Origin: Candidatus Pacearchaeota archaeon
Lineage (GTDB): Archaea; Nanobdellota; Nanobdellia; Pacearchaeales; GW2011-AR1
DNA length: 39,106 bases
Assembly: GCA_050124795.1 (NCBI GenBank)
Contig: JASFEO010000012.1
Location: 1 to 39,106, forward strand
Reading direction: 5' to 3'
The notes beneath the pieces were generated by a model. The model had not been told where the DNA came from. It ran no database searches and was given only the letters and a program-made list of their open reading frames with translations. This document shows positions 25,807-35,568 of the stretch, piece by piece; positions within the stretch are counted from its first letter, which is position 1, and every line of letters starts with the position of its first letter. A program made the position numbers and the translations under genes.

Positions 25807-26028
25807 TTAGATAAATATTTCTATTAATTTTGTTCCGTTCCCGTTATCAGTTATTTTATAAAAACTAAAATTTATAAAAGTGTATTCTTTTCCTTTTGAT
25901 GGTATATTTATAATTATTTCATTTCCAACTATTGAAATAATAGCTTCGTCTGAATAGTCAATTGTTTCAACTGAAACATTCCTATATGTGATTCTAACCA
26001 TAAATCCTTGAAATTGTTTACTTAACAT
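25807..26028 (-). CDS. Hypothetical early protein
   Basis: AAGGAGG RBS; in an operon with the next two genes. Confidence 0.7.
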   Translation of the reverse strand: MLSKQFQGFMVRITYRNVSVETIDYSDEAIISIVGNEIIINIPSKGKEYTFINFSFYKITDNGNGTKLIEIFI

Positions 26029-26041
26029 TTTTATTTCCTCC

Positions 26042-26476
26042 TTAAAATGGTAGTGGTGATATAATACTACTGTAAAATCGTTCTACCTCTTCAAGATTAC
26101 TAAAATATGTATATACGTCTACGCCTTTTTTATTTACTGTTAATGCATATTTACTGCAATTGTTATTTATTTCAATTAAATTTTTATTATAGTATTCACT
26201 AAAAATATTATTTTTATAATAATAATCTTTTGATTTAAAAGCTTTTTGCAACTCTTCAAAAGTTTTCATTTTATGTATTTGCCATTCCATTAAATTAAAT
26301 TCTGATAAAGAATCAATATAATAAAGTGATGTTTTCCAGTAATCACGATTTAGGGGGTTAAATCCTAAATCGTTTAAAGTTCTGTTATAATATACTTTTT
26401 CTATTAATCCGTCTTCATCTTCTAAATACATTCCGGGCTTTATTTCAAGCCCGTTTTTATCGTAATATTTTTTCAT
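26042..26476 (-). CDS. Hypothetical early protein (N-terminus resembles the YopX-like DKNG.EI..G motif)
   Basis: GGAGG RBS; YYDKNGLEIKPG. Confidence 0.65.
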   Translation of the reverse strand: MKKYYDKNGLEIKPGMYLEDEDGLIEKVYYNRTLNDLGFNPLNRDYWKTSLYYIDSLSEFNLMEWQIHKMKTFEELQKAFKSKDYYYKNNIFSEYYNKNLIEINNNCSKYALTVNKKGVDVYTYFSNLEEVERFYSSIISPLPF

Positions 26477-26477
26477 C

Positions 26478-26795
26478 TTATACCTCCCATTTGTACGACT
26501 GTAATACTTTGATCAATTCATCTTCTAGATTCATACCTTGAACCATATCATTATATAAATCTTCGTATTTTCTTATTATATTTTCTTTTGTTGTATCTTC
26601 ATTCGCTGTTATATAGGCAAATCTCCAATTATTGTTTTGTATTTTTTCAATTGCCGCTTTTTTTAATTCTTGGTTATTGCTTTGTTTACAAGCTTTTTTT
26701 AAATCTTTTATATCCTCATTTTGTTTTTTACATGTTGTTTCTAAAATCCTAAAGTTTTTTAACATTGTTTTTTTATTCATTCTCATATTTAACAT
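26478..26795 (-). CDS. Hypothetical early protein
   Basis: AAGGGGG RBS; first gene after the 26865 promoter. Confidence 0.7.
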   Translation of the reverse strand: MLNMRMNKKTMLKNFRILETTCKKQNEDIKDLKKACKQSNNQELKKAAIEKIQNNNWRFAYITANEDTTKENIIRKYEDLYNDMVQGMNLEDELIKVLQSYKWEV

Positions 26796-26836
26796 ATTAA
26801 TTTCCCCCTTGATTTGTTGTCGTTGACTATGATTAC

Positions 26837-26865
26837 ATTATATCGGATATTTTATCCGTTGTCAA
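26837..26865 (-). promoter_or_regulatory. Consensus sigma-A promoter with palindromic operator in the spacer (copy 1)
   Basis: Minus strand reads TTGACA-ACGGATAAAATATCCGA-TATAAT. Confidence 0.9.
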
Positions 26866-26977
26866 TACTTTTTTTATATTTTTTATTTTGTGATATAATT
26901 AAAACATTATTCTATTAAGTTATTTTGTAAGATTTGTTTTTAATGTTTTTGATATTATAATATACTCATTTTTATTT

Positions 26978-27008
26978 AAAAAAAGACCGGATTAAATCGC
27001 CGGTCTTT
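26978..27008 (-). terminator. Intrinsic terminator after the lipoprotein gene
   Basis: AAAGACCGG/CCGGTCTTT stem with a T-run on the minus strand. Confidence 0.8.
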
Positions 27009-27016
27009 GCTCTATC

Positions 27017-27466
27017 TCACTTTATAAAAGTTACATTGTTAACATCTACATTGATTCCTAGTCCTTTGATTTCTCCTTTAACTGTTACCTTATCGCCTTT
27101 TTTCAATTCTGCTACAAAATTTTTGTGGCTGTCTTCAAGCAATAAGCTTACTTGAGGAAAAGATATTTCATCGTCAGCTATTGTAACCGTTAACATTCCG
27201 AGGACTTCTGAAATTGAAATCACTTTTCCGGTTATTTGAGCGTATTTGCCCTTATATTTGATATCGGCCTTGACTTCGTTTTCTTCGTAAGCTTTACATA
27301 ACTCTTTGCTAGTTACTTCTAGGTCAATTTTTTTCTTTTCTTGTGTTGGTAAAGCGGTTTTTGATATTTGTTTTTTCTTTGTTTCAGTTGGTACAGTCGG
27401 TTCACAACTTCCAAATATTAATCCTAACAACCCGATTGTTATAAAAAAAATAATTGCTTTTTTCAT
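27017..27466 (-). CDS. OB-fold (tRNA_anti-like) putative lipoprotein
   Basis: Signal peptide ending IFGSC; EL.KAYEENEVKAD.KYKGK...ITGKV motif. Confidence 0.8.
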   Translation of the reverse strand: MKKAIIFFITIGLLGLIFGSCEPTVPTETKKKQISKTALPTQEKKKIDLEVTSKELCKAYEENEVKADIKYKGKYAQITGKVISISEVLGMLTVTIADDEISFPQVSLLLEDSHKNFVAELKKGDKVTVKGEIKGLGINVDVNNVTFIK

Positions 27467-27479
27467 TTTAAAATCCTCC

Positions 27480-27794
27480 TTAAGATTTTCTATATGTGCA
27501 TATTCCTAATATTTCGCACGATTTTTCGCATACATCACATGGTAAACTTGGTTCCATACATTCAATTATTAATGGTTTAAACTTCACATGTGGGATGCTT
27601 TTTGTTGCATTTTTTATTATACAATATCCGTAATTATAATTTACCTCTATCAAAGTAAACTTAGTTTCTAAAAATTCAATTTCCTTTTGAAAGTCAGCTA
27701 ATTGCTTCCCCTTTAAACCTTTGTCATTATCCTTATAATCGTCGTTATATAGTTTTATTATATCTCTGTAATCAACAAACAAGTATTTATCCAT
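27480..27794 (-). CDS. Hypothetical protein with a C-terminal Cys cluster
   Basis: AGGAGG RBS; C..C...C.....C. Confidence 0.6.
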   Translation of the reverse strand: MDKYLFVDYRDIIKLYNDDYKDNDKGLKGKQLADFQKEIEFLETKFTLIEVNYNYGYCIIKNATKSIPHVKFKPLIIECMEPSLPCDVCEKSCEILGICTYRKS

Positions 27795-27901
27795 TCTAGA
27801 ACCTCCTATTTTAAAATGGCTTGTAAAATGCCATTACACCTAAGATTATTGTAATTATTATCATTACAACAAGAAATTCAATTGCACGTATAAAAGCCTT
27901 G

Positions 27902-28096
27902 TCAAGTTCTGTCTTCTTCTTCTTCTTCTGAAACTTCAATTGGAAAATCAATCCTTTCTATTATTATTTTAAAATCTTCTTCGCTTATCCTTAGATAATC
28001 GCCGGGCTTTACTTGAAGCCTTGTAATATATGGGATTGGTAAGTTTACTAAAATGCTTTTAGTGCCTTTTTTAAAATGTGCTTTTCGTATATACAT
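27902..28096 (-). CDS. AbrB/MazE/SpoVT-family DNA-binding protein
   Basis: SILVNLP......LQVKPGDYLRI; AAGGAGG RBS. Confidence 0.8.
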   Translation of the reverse strand: MYIRKAHFKKGTKSILVNLPIPYITRLQVKPGDYLRISEEDFKIIIERIDFPIEVSEEEEEDRT

Positions 28097-28202
28097 AATT
28101 ACCTCCTTTGTATTTTTGGTATGCTTAGTATGCTTAATATGCTATATGTTATTGAAAAGTTTGTAAAGGTGAAAAAGGATGCTTTTAAATTGGTTAAAAT
28201 AA

Positions 28203-28225
28203 AATAGCTGAAGTTTTCAGCTATT
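28203..28225 (-). terminator. Terminator-like hairpin after the CHC2 gene
   Basis: AATAGCTGAA-GTT-TTCAGCTATT with a T-rich tail on the minus strand. Confidence 0.7.
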
Positions 28226-28288
28226 AAATAAATAATGATTTTAATTTTTAGAACGTGTGATATTTAAATATTAACCATAGTATTAACA

Positions 28289-28906
28289 TTATATCAAATG
28301 TTCTATTTGATACAAAGCATTTAATAAAGATTCGTTTTTTATAAAATTATTATATTCCATTTCAAAATCATCAATAAATGGGCCGTCAAACATTTTTTTA
28401 TAATTTTCTGGATTATATTCTATAAATATATTGGTCCATTTCTCTAGAAATCCAAGTAACCAAACATTAAATGGCGTTTTTTTGTCAAGTTCTTCAACTC
28501 TTTTTCTTAGCTTCTTTTCAATATCAACTAACTTATTAAAATAATTGTTATAGCCTACCTCTTTTGATTCCGTGATAATTTCTTGTAATTGCTTGTTTAT
28601 TTGTATTTTAATGAGTTCTTTATGGGTTACTTTTTCTCTCTCTAGTCCAGATATTTTTAAAACTTTGTTTACTGCATCTTTTCTGGATAAGTTTTCACTT
28701 TCAATAAACCAATCAACTATTGACCCACCTTTACAACATTTACTTTGACTTTGGTAACAGTTGTCGTGTGTTGTGATTGTAAAGTGGTCATTATGTCCAC
28801 AAATAGGGCAAGGATTTATAAAAGTCCATTTACCTGTTTTTTTTCTACTTCCCGGAATAATATCTATTAATTTTATTTTTTGTTTTGCTAAGTCTAAGTT
28901 ATCCAT
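28289..28906 (-). CDS. Stand-alone CHC2 primase-type zinc-finger protein
   Basis: CPICGH..HF...CCKGGSIVDWFIESENLS.KDAV; no TOPRIM domain follows. Confidence 0.75.
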   Translation of the reverse strand: MDNLDLAKQKIKLIDIIPGSRKKTGKWTFINPCPICGHNDHFTITTHDNCYQSQSKCCKGGSIVDWFIESENLSRKDAVNKVLKISGLEREKVTHKELIKIQINKQLQEIITESKEVGYNNYFNKLVDIEKKLRKRVEELDKKTPFNVWLLGFLEKWTNIFIEYNPENYKKMFDGPFIDDFEMEYNNFIKNESLLNALYQIEHLI

Positions 28907-29034
28907 TTTTTTGCCTCCTAGATTTTAAATTTAAGGCCATATTTAACGTTTTAAAGTTCTAACTTGTCTAAATAAGTCCAAGTGTTAAAACGCTCAAATT
29001 TGCTTATTTGATATGTATAATTATATAGGATATA

Positions 29035-29343
29035 CTATCCGTTTTCAAGTATCTTTTTTACATCATTCATATTATATGCAATACCGGCGTTAAACCCGGC
29101 GTTTTGCATTTGTTTGATAAAGTTTAGCTGTGCTTTAGTTGGCTTGTTGCGTCCTGTCTTTAATTCTATAAAATATGTTTTCCCTTCTTTCAAAGCAATA
29201 AGATCACTAAAGCCGTTTGGAAGTCCTGTTTTAAAATATCTTTTATCTTGTGTTTGAATTTTTCCGACATTGGTCCTAAATGTAATGTAACCTAATTTAG
29301 ATAATTCTAACCTGACTTGGTTTTGTAATTCATGCTCGGTCAA
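29035..29343 (-). CDS. VRR-NUC nuclease
   Basis: MTEHELQ, GLPNGFSDL, FIELKT, PTKAQ..F. Confidence 0.9.
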   Translation of the reverse strand: MTEHELQNQVRLELSKLGYITFRTNVGKIQTQDKRYFKTGLPNGFSDLIALKEGKTYFIELKTGRNKPTKAQLNFIKQMQNAGFNAGIAYNMNDVKKILENG

Positions 29344-30797
29344 TTTGCATACCTCCTTAAAATATTGTATTGATTAGGTATATCAACATTTAAAGCTTTA
29401 GCCTTATGAATGCACCACATAAATTTAAAATTATGCATTTTTTGAATAGCTATTAAATCATCAAAAGCAATGTTCATTTTATATCCGTATTTGTCTAGCT
29501 GATAATTAATCCAATTTGGTTTATACCCTTTACATAACTGAAACTTTAACAGTGTCTTAGCGTCCTTTATTTCCTTGGCATAATCATGCGGTTTTGTTGC
29601 TAAGATATTTTCACTTTTGATCTCTTCTAGAATTATGTCTTTTATTTCCATTGGTTTACTGTCTCTTACCATAGTTAAAAATTCATTTCCGCAATAGGGG
29701 CAAACTTTTGCCCCAGTTGGAACGACAGCAAAACATAATTTACATTCTTTGATTGTGCTTACCTCTTTAGTCTTTTTGCTTTCTAAACTCCATTCTCTAT
29801 TATCATCTGGCAACCCGTGGATATAGCAGTTGCCAACTTGGTCTATGATAATTGCCTCTTTATTTTCTTTATATCTCATACAACGCATTGATTGTTGTAT
29901 GTACAATGATAGGCTTTTAGTTGGTCTTAACAATATTACACATTCACAATCCGGAACGTCAAACCCTTCTCCAAATAAATCAACATTACACAATACTTTT
30001 ATTTTGTTTTTCCTAAACGAATTTATAACTTTTTCGCGTGTTTTCTTGCTTGTTGTTGCGTCAAGATGGGCCGAAACTATTCCCGCTTGGGAAAATTCAA
30101 AGCTTAATTCCTTTGATGCCTTGATAGAGCTACAATAGACGATAGTTTTTTTGTCATTGGCCAACTTTGTCCAATTCTTGAGCGTTTTACCATATACTAT
30201 CTTTTGTTCTGTGAGTTCGTTTACTTCATCTTTCTTGAAATCTCCATTTCTTATGTGTAATTTACTTGTATCAATTATACGATTACTGTATAATCGAAAA
30301 GAAGAAAGAAATTGGTTAGAAATTAACCATTTTACGGAAGGCCCTTTTACAAGTTTTTTATACACTATTCCCAGTCCTCCTTGGTTCAGGCGGATTGGGG
30401 TAGCTGTAAACCCCAACAATATTGACGCGTCAAAATGTTCGTATATTTTTGTGTAGCTATTAGCTAAGCAATGGTGGTTTTCATCTGTTATTATGATATC
30501 GGGTTTTGGTTCATTGGTTAACCTCCTAGAAACTGTTTGAACCATTCCAATATTACAATAATTAAAATCAACACCACAGGTAATAAATGTTTGTTCGATT
30601 TGCTGTAAGAGTTCTTTTCTATGTACAAGAAAAAGAACTCTATTTTTTTTCTTTGTTGCTTGTGCCGCTATGTAACCCTGTATTATACTTTTCCCGCTTC
30701 CACAAGGACTTACTACACATATGGCCTTAAATTTTTGCTTTAAGGCCATTTTAATATGTTTTATCAGCTCTGCTTGGTAATTATATAATTTAATCAT
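29340..30797 (-). CDS. SF2 DEAD/DEAH-like helicase with C-terminal zinc finger
   Basis: SPCGSGKS, DENHH, TATP, GEGFDVP, QQSMRCMR, CKLC...CPYCG. Confidence 0.93.
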   Translation of the reverse strand: MIKLYNYQAELIKHIKMALKQKFKAICVVSPCGSGKSIIQGYIAAQATKKKNRVLFLVHRKELLQQIEQTFITCGVDFNYCNIGMVQTVSRRLTNEPKPDIIITDENHHCLANSYTKIYEHFDASILLGFTATPIRLNQGGLGIVYKKLVKGPSVKWLISNQFLSSFRLYSNRIIDTSKLHIRNGDFKKDEVNELTEQKIVYGKTLKNWTKLANDKKTIVYCSSIKASKELSFEFSQAGIVSAHLDATTSKKTREKVINSFRKNKIKVLCNVDLFGEGFDVPDCECVILLRPTKSLSLYIQQSMRCMRYKENKEAIIIDQVGNCYIHGLPDDNREWSLESKKTKEVSTIKECKLCFAVVPTGAKVCPYCGNEFLTMVRDSKPMEIKDIILEEIKSENILATKPHDYAKEIKDAKTLLKFQLCKGYKPNWINYQLDKYGYKMNIAFDDLIAIQKMHNFKFMWCIHKAKALNVDIPNQYNILRRYAN

Positions 30798-30810
30798 TGG
30801 TTATTCCTCC

Positions 30811-31056
30811 TTAAAAAAAGTTTCCTTCTCTGGCTTTCATTTTTATTGCTTCAAATGCTCTAGCATTAATACTTGTTTGTTCATCAATATGCTTTGTTAA
30901 CATGGAAATACATTCTATTAAATCAATTCTAACCTCACCAACTATGTTATTTATATCTCTTCTATCTAGTCGGCCACTATCGTCGTCCGTTATTTCTTTT
31001 AAATCATTAATGCAACTACTTAATATTTTGTTTATTTCTTCAATACTCATTGTCAT
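30811..31056 (-). CDS. Hypothetical protein
   Basis: AGGAGG RBS; in operon. Confidence 0.65.
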   Translation of the reverse strand: MTMSIEEINKILSSCINDLKEITDDDSGRLDRRDINNIVGEVRIDLIECISMLTKHIDEQTSINARAFEAIKMKAREGNFF

Positions 31057-31061
31057 TCCTC

Positions 31062-31325
31062 CTATAATTCGTCAAAGTTAATCATGGTTTTACCATTTTC
31101 AATCATTCTTGAAATATGTTCTATACAGCCAATACATGAATTTTTTGTGTCAAGTTTTCTTGCTAAAGCGTCAACCGTTCCAAATTTATTTTTATATGGT
31201 GATATATAAATTTTAACCAAATTTTTTTGTGTCATATCTCTATAGTCAATTATTTCCTCATACATAACATTTGTTACTTTTGCAACTGTAATATTGTTAT
31301 CATCATCTTTAAATTTAATATACAT
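31062..31325 (-). CDS. Hypothetical protein
   Basis: AAGGAGG RBS; in operon. Confidence 0.65.
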   Translation of the reverse strand: MYIKFKDDDNNITVAKVTNVMYEEIIDYRDMTQKNLVKIYISPYKNKFGTVDALARKLDTKNSCIGCIEHISRMIENGKTMINFDEL

Positions 31326-31342
31326 TGTTATTCCTCCTTTAT

Positions 31343-31699
31343 TTATTTAGTATTTTTATTCCATGCAACAAAATTTTCTATTTGTCCTATTAATTCTTTT
31401 GTTTTACCATTGAAACAAATACATCTATCATCAATGGTTAAATAGGCAATCCCTTTTTTATTTGATATTTCATGATAAGGAATACTATAATAACTACAAT
31501 AATTTTCAATACATCTTATTCCGTCTAAATCATTACATCTAGATGAATAAATTACTATATGATATCCCATATTAATTAATCTATCCAAAGTTTCTCTTAT
31601 ACCTTCTACTGGTTCATCTATAGCAACATTTATTCCTTGCCATCCAGATGTATAACTATGTATTACTCCGTCAAAATCAAATAATAATCGTTTCTTCAT
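31343..31699 (-). CDS. Minimal HAD-superfamily phosphatase
   Basis: FDFDGVI, IYSSR, K....TIDDR motifs. Confidence 0.85.
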   Translation of the reverse strand: MKKRLLFDFDGVIHSYTSGWQGINVAIDEPVEGIRETLDRLINMGYHIVIYSSRCNDLDGIRCIENYCSYYSIPYHEISNKKGIAYLTIDDRCICFNGKTKELIGQIENFVAWNKNTK

Positions 31700-31851
31700 T
31701 ATTCTTTATCCTCCTGTTTTTGAATTTTATTATCATTATCAAATTCTTTAAAATTGCCCCAAAATCCATGTGGGTCTAATAAATCCATATCATTTTTATG
31801 TGGATGTTTTTGTTTATTTTCTGATAATTTATCTGTTTTCTTTTTGTTCAT
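31699..31851 (-). CDS. 50-aa hypothetical protein (MNKKKTDKLSENKQK...DPHGFWGNFKEF...); not in the ORF track
   Basis: Translated by hand; AAAGGA RBS; TAATG overlap with the HAD gene. Confidence 0.5.
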   Translation of the reverse strand: MNKKKTDKLSENKQKHPHKNDMDLLDPHGFWGNFKEFDNDNKIQKQEDKE

Positions 31852-31931
31852 ATGCTTATCCTTTCTTGGAAGAGGGTTTTTGTGTTTTTAACCCTGTTTT
31901 GGATCCTTTTATTTATTTATCATTCTTCTTT

Positions 31932-32390
31932 TTAGTTTTGTTTATTTTGACCACGTTCCCAATCATAAGCTATGCAAAAATTTTTTTCACTATAAAGCAA
32001 TAATATGCTTTTATCTTTACTTTCATATTTATAAATATGATAATTATTTTTTTTACTTTCTATTGTTTTTGTTTCTATTAGTTTTAAATCATCTTTGAAA
32101 GTAGTATTAATATAGCTTATAGTTTCTTCTATAGGTTTTTCTCTAAAATTAATTAAATTTTCATCCATTAAAAGTGAGTATCTTTCAGCATTATAATATT
32201 TTTTTGTTGAAGTCGGTTTAACTGTTTTTACTTCTTTTGTTTTTGTTGGAGTAGGTTTTTTAGTGGGTTCTTTTACTAATATTGTTTTAGAATTATTAGC
32301 AGAAAAAATGACATATTCATTCGATATTAATATAGTAAAATACATAAGAACTATTACAATTCCTATTCCAATTATCTTTTTATTACTCAT
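31932..32390 (-). CDS. Membrane-anchored/exported hypothetical protein with a P/T/K linker (start ATG 32390)
   Basis: AAGGAG RBS; hydrophobic N-terminus IIGIGIVIVLMYFTILI. Confidence 0.65.
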   Translation of the reverse strand: MSNKKIIGIGIVIVLMYFTILISNEYVIFSANNSKTILVKEPTKKPTPTKTKEVKTVKPTSTKKYYNAERYSLLMDENLINFREKPIEETISYINTTFKDDLKLIETKTIESKKNNYHIYKYESKDKSILLLYSEKNFCIAYDWERGQNKQN

Positions 32391-32409
32391 CTGTTTATTC
32401 TCCTTTATT

Positions 32410-32664
32410 TTAGTATAATTCCATTTTATGTTTTGCTTTATTTGCATCTTTTAGCGTAAATGCGTTATTTTTATCTAAATCATTTTCACTACAACCTTTT
32501 ATTATTTTCCAAATTTGATTGTTCATTTCTCCAAATGCTTCTTTAACTTCTTTTTTTAAAGAATTATCTGTGTATAACTCCATTGTTAAGTCTTCTAATA
32601 CCATGACTATATTGTATGATATTGTTTTTTGTCTTTTACTAGCTTTTTTTAAATATATACTCAT
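32410..32664 (-). CDS. Hypothetical protein
   Basis: AAGGA RBS; directly after VapE. Confidence 0.6.
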   Translation of the reverse strand: MSIYLKKASKRQKTISYNIVMVLEDLTMELYTDNSLKKEVKEAFGEMNNQIWKIIKGCSENDLDKNNAFTLKDANKAKHKMELY

Positions 32665-32671
32665 TTATTTA

Positions 32672-34165
32672 TCATCCTTTGTTTATTTTGCTTTCATCTT
32701 GTTTTATTATGCTCTCTCTTTCAATGGTTTCATAAACTTGTTCATATTTTTGTTCTAAAAAAACACTTAATATATTTTTCTTTATTTTTCTTGGTACTGG
32801 AACATAGTATAATTTTTGCTTAGTTTTTTTGTCTTTTATTTCATATTCAACATCCATTTTCTTTAAAGCTAACCCAAGATTTGTATTATTTATTTTGCTA
32901 TTAATGCTGCTATCATTCGTTATAAGTGTTATAATATCAGTATTAGGAACCTTGTAGCGTGGTTCTGATTGCCAATCAAATGTATTCATCAATAAGGATT
33001 CGACATAATCCTTTTTCCTAAATTCTTTGTTGTGTTTATTTAATATTTTTAAACCTTCTTTTCCTAGTTCATGACAATTCTTAGGATTTTCTAAATACAT
33101 TTGATACAATTCAGCATATAGTAATTCATAATTTAAATTGTTTAATCTCCCAAAATAATCAATTATTTTTATAGGCCACCACCTACGATCAACATCATCA
33201 ACTAAAAATTCGTCCTTGTCAACGGTAGCAGTGTAGACAGTTCTTCTTTTATGTTTTTCTGATTTTGATTCGTACCAATCTCTATAAGTATCTGTTTTTG
33301 TAGTTATAAAGGCTTTTGTAGCGTCAACTTCTTTTAATGTTCTCCCAACCTCCGCAAACTCAACACTCCAAGCTCTAATATTTTTCATTTTGTTGTCTCT
33401 ATCACCGGGAATATATCTTGATTCACTGACATGATAGTTTCTTAACTCTGGCGGTGTTAAGTTTTCACACCAAGTTGTTTTTCCGGCCCCTTGTTTTCCT
33501 GTAAAAGTCAAAGCCCCTTGGCAAGCAAAGTCAGGATTAAACTGACAACTTATTCTGCTTAACATATAAGTTTTGAATAACATATAATTTATTTTTTCGT
33601 CTTCTTTTCGGCCTTTTATTGTTTTAAATAATTTATCAAGCTCTAATTTATTATAATTAATTTTGTTTTTAAATTTATCATATGATTTTAAGATATAATC
33701 TTTTATTGGGTTGATAGAGTTTTCTTTTCCTAAATTTTTTAATTTTCTGCAAAGAATATCATAATTTGTTTTTGAAAAAGTTTGTTTTTGTAATTCGTCC
33801 TCAACTTTATTGCTTATTTCACTAAACTCATATTGTTTATTATTTTTTGTAAATAAAATATCTTGCAAAATTTCATCATAAATTATTTTATAACCCAATT
33901 TATTTATTAAAATACCTATATTCCTTGTAGTTAAATGAGGCTTGACTAACCCTCCGGCCGTTGTTGTAAAGTCAGGATAATCAAAAGAATGTTGTCGAAC
34001 GATAGTTTTAAATTTCTTTAAAAGTTTTTTTGTATCTTTTATCTTTCCAATGTCAAAATCTATTCCAATTTCTTTTAATAACTGTTTACACTCCGATTTG
34101 TCGTCTTCATATAGTGATCTTTTTTTTTCTTCTAATGATGTTATTGGACTTATTTTATTTGACAT
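32672..34165 (-). CDS. VapE/VirE-family P-loop helicase (replication protein)
   Basis: TGKQGAGKTT, EFAEV, KAFIT...D.YR, RRTVYTATV...EFL.D..DRRWWPI. Confidence 0.88.
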   Translation of the reverse strand: MSNKISPITSLEEKKRSLYEDDKSECKQLLKEIGIDFDIGKIKDTKKLLKKFKTIVRQHSFDYPDFTTTAGGLVKPHLTTRNIGILINKLGYKIIYDEILQDILFTKNNKQYEFSEISNKVEDELQKQTFSKTNYDILCRKLKNLGKENSINPIKDYILKSYDKFKNKINYNKLELDKLFKTIKGRKEDEKINYMLFKTYMLSRISCQFNPDFACQGALTFTGKQGAGKTTWCENLTPPELRNYHVSESRYIPGDRDNKMKNIRAWSVEFAEVGRTLKEVDATKAFITTKTDTYRDWYESKSEKHKRRTVYTATVDKDEFLVDDVDRRWWPIKIIDYFGRLNNLNYELLYAELYQMYLENPKNCHELGKEGLKILNKHNKEFRKKDYVESLLMNTFDWQSEPRYKVPNTDIITLITNDSSINSKINNTNLGLALKKMDVEYEIKDKKTKQKLYYVPVPRKIKKNILSVFLEQKYEQVYETIERESIIKQDESKINKG

Positions 34166-34174
34166 ATTTTACAC

Positions 34175-34420
34175 CTACTTCCCTACTATCTTTTTTAATA
34201 CTAAAGTTGTTAATTCCTTTTCGCTAATCCTAGCTTTTGATGTTATTTTTCTTATTTTTGAGTCGATATCATCATCAAAAATTTTATCTAATTTTTTCAA
34301 TGCCATTTCAATTATTTCCGACTGGCTATATCTAGTTTTAGTTGATAATTCTATTAATTTATTATTAATTTTTTGATTTAACACAATATTTTTCCTAACC
34401 TTAATTTCTTTTATATCCAT
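34175..34420 (-). CDS. Ribbon-helix-helix (CopG-like) regulator
   Basis: VRKNIVL...INNKL.ELS......QSEIIEMAL; AAGGAG RBS; upstream of the replication gene. Confidence 0.75.
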   Translation of the reverse strand: MDIKEIKVRKNIVLNQKINNKLIELSTKTRYSQSEIIEMALKKLDKIFDDDIDSKIRKITSKARISEKELTTLVLKKIVGK

Positions 34421-34591
34421 TGTTTTACAACTCCTTTACATATAATATTTGATTGCTATACATATAATTATACACACATTTTTAAAATAAATCAATAATT
34501 GTTTATTTTTTAACACAATTTTAGTGTTTTTTTATCCGATTTTGGTTTTATTTAAAACAAGTCGAATAGTTTTTTAACTGTCCGCTAAAAC

Positions 34592-34890
34592 CTTTCCGAC
34601 AAACCTTCCGACTTATAGCCGTTCTGCTAGTTTTGTTTTGAAAGTTTTCGGAGAGCCGGAAAGGTTTTAACAAAAAAAAGTTTCTATATAAAAAAAAAGT
34701 GTGTATATACATATAAAAAATATAATTGTGTGTATCTTTTTTTTTCTATAGAGAAATACTATAAAAACTTTCCGACTTTCCGAACTTTCCGATTATACTT
34801 CTTTATTATCTTCTTTTCTCTTCTTAGAGAAAGAAAGAAAGAAAAAGAATATAAGTCGGAAAGTTTGTCGGAAGGTTGTCGGAAGGTTTG
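34592..34890. other. Putative replication origin with TTCCGA iterons in nested inverted orientation around an AT-rich core
   Basis: TTCCGA at 34594, 34606, 34770, 34778, 34787; TCGGAA at 34856, 34868, 34879; 26-bp outer inverted repeat with 2 mismatches. Confidence 0.75.
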
Positions 34891-35335
34891 ATTTTTTTTT
34901 AAATAACTATCCTATAACATTTTAATAACATTAAACCAACTCTATCAGCATCAATGTGATAATTTTGTGCTTAAGTTGAAATATGAACATGGCAAATAAT
35001 TAACTTAGAGTTAACATTGTTAATTTGGCTGAAATGAATTTTGTAGTCTTTTGATAATTTCGTAACATATGCAACGTAATTTTGTAATAAATTATGGCTT
35101 GTAGTGTTGACCACATGTTTAATATGCAATAATGCCTATTATATGTAGATTAGTTGACATTTATTTACAATTGATCTCAATACTGATAGATTCAAGAATA
35201 GAATAAATTCCTTTGTATCCTTGAAAGAGGGTTTTTTTATGATATAATTGTATTAGTTTTTACATACTTTAAGTAATTTTTTTTTGGAACTGAAATGACA
35301 TATTGTTTAGTTTTCCCTAAACAAACAAAAATACA

Positions 35336-35360
35336 AAAAGCCCATTTTTTTGGGTTTTTT
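35336..35360 (+). terminator. Intrinsic terminator in the non-coding region
   Basis: AAAAAGCCCA...TGGGTTTTTT. Confidence 0.65.
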
Positions 35361-35530
35361 GTTTGCTTTTTGTAACAAAAATGATATAATATCCATTAAG
35401 GGTTGTTATTTAAAAATGGTTGTGTTCGCTATAGATTGGTTTTACAATAAATATAGTAGTTAGTGAAATAGTATTGATAATACTTATTGAAATAGTTTTA
35501 AGAAGAATTACTTCCTTGATTTAATGTTTG

Positions 35531-35568
35531 GGCTATAGGTTTGTTATATAAATACACCTATAGCCTTT
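35531..35568 (+). terminator. Hairpin upstream of the lysis genes
   Basis: GGCTATAGGT...ACCTATAGCC-TTT. Confidence 0.55.

Noticed and set aside
27902-28096. MazE/VapB antitoxin of a type II toxin-antitoxin pair
   Set aside because: The downstream gene is about 100 nt away and shows no MazF, PIN or RelE motifs.
28926-29000. Imperfect inverted repeat CGTTTTAA...TTAAAACG between CHC2 and VRR-NUC as a priming signal
   Set aside because: Too short and AT-rich to distinguish from chance without comparative data.
26632-34376. Plus-strand ORFs within the leftward operons (26632, 27306, 29830, 30151, 31227, 31770, 32519, 34030, 34050)
   Set aside because: Shadow frames opposite genes that have clear motifs and RBSs.
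35122-35149. dif-like site ATATGCAATAA-TGCCTA-TTATATGTAGA
   Set aside because: Only the ATAA-N6-TTAT core fits. The outer arms differ from known dif arms, and the core is expected several times by chance in DNA this AT-rich.
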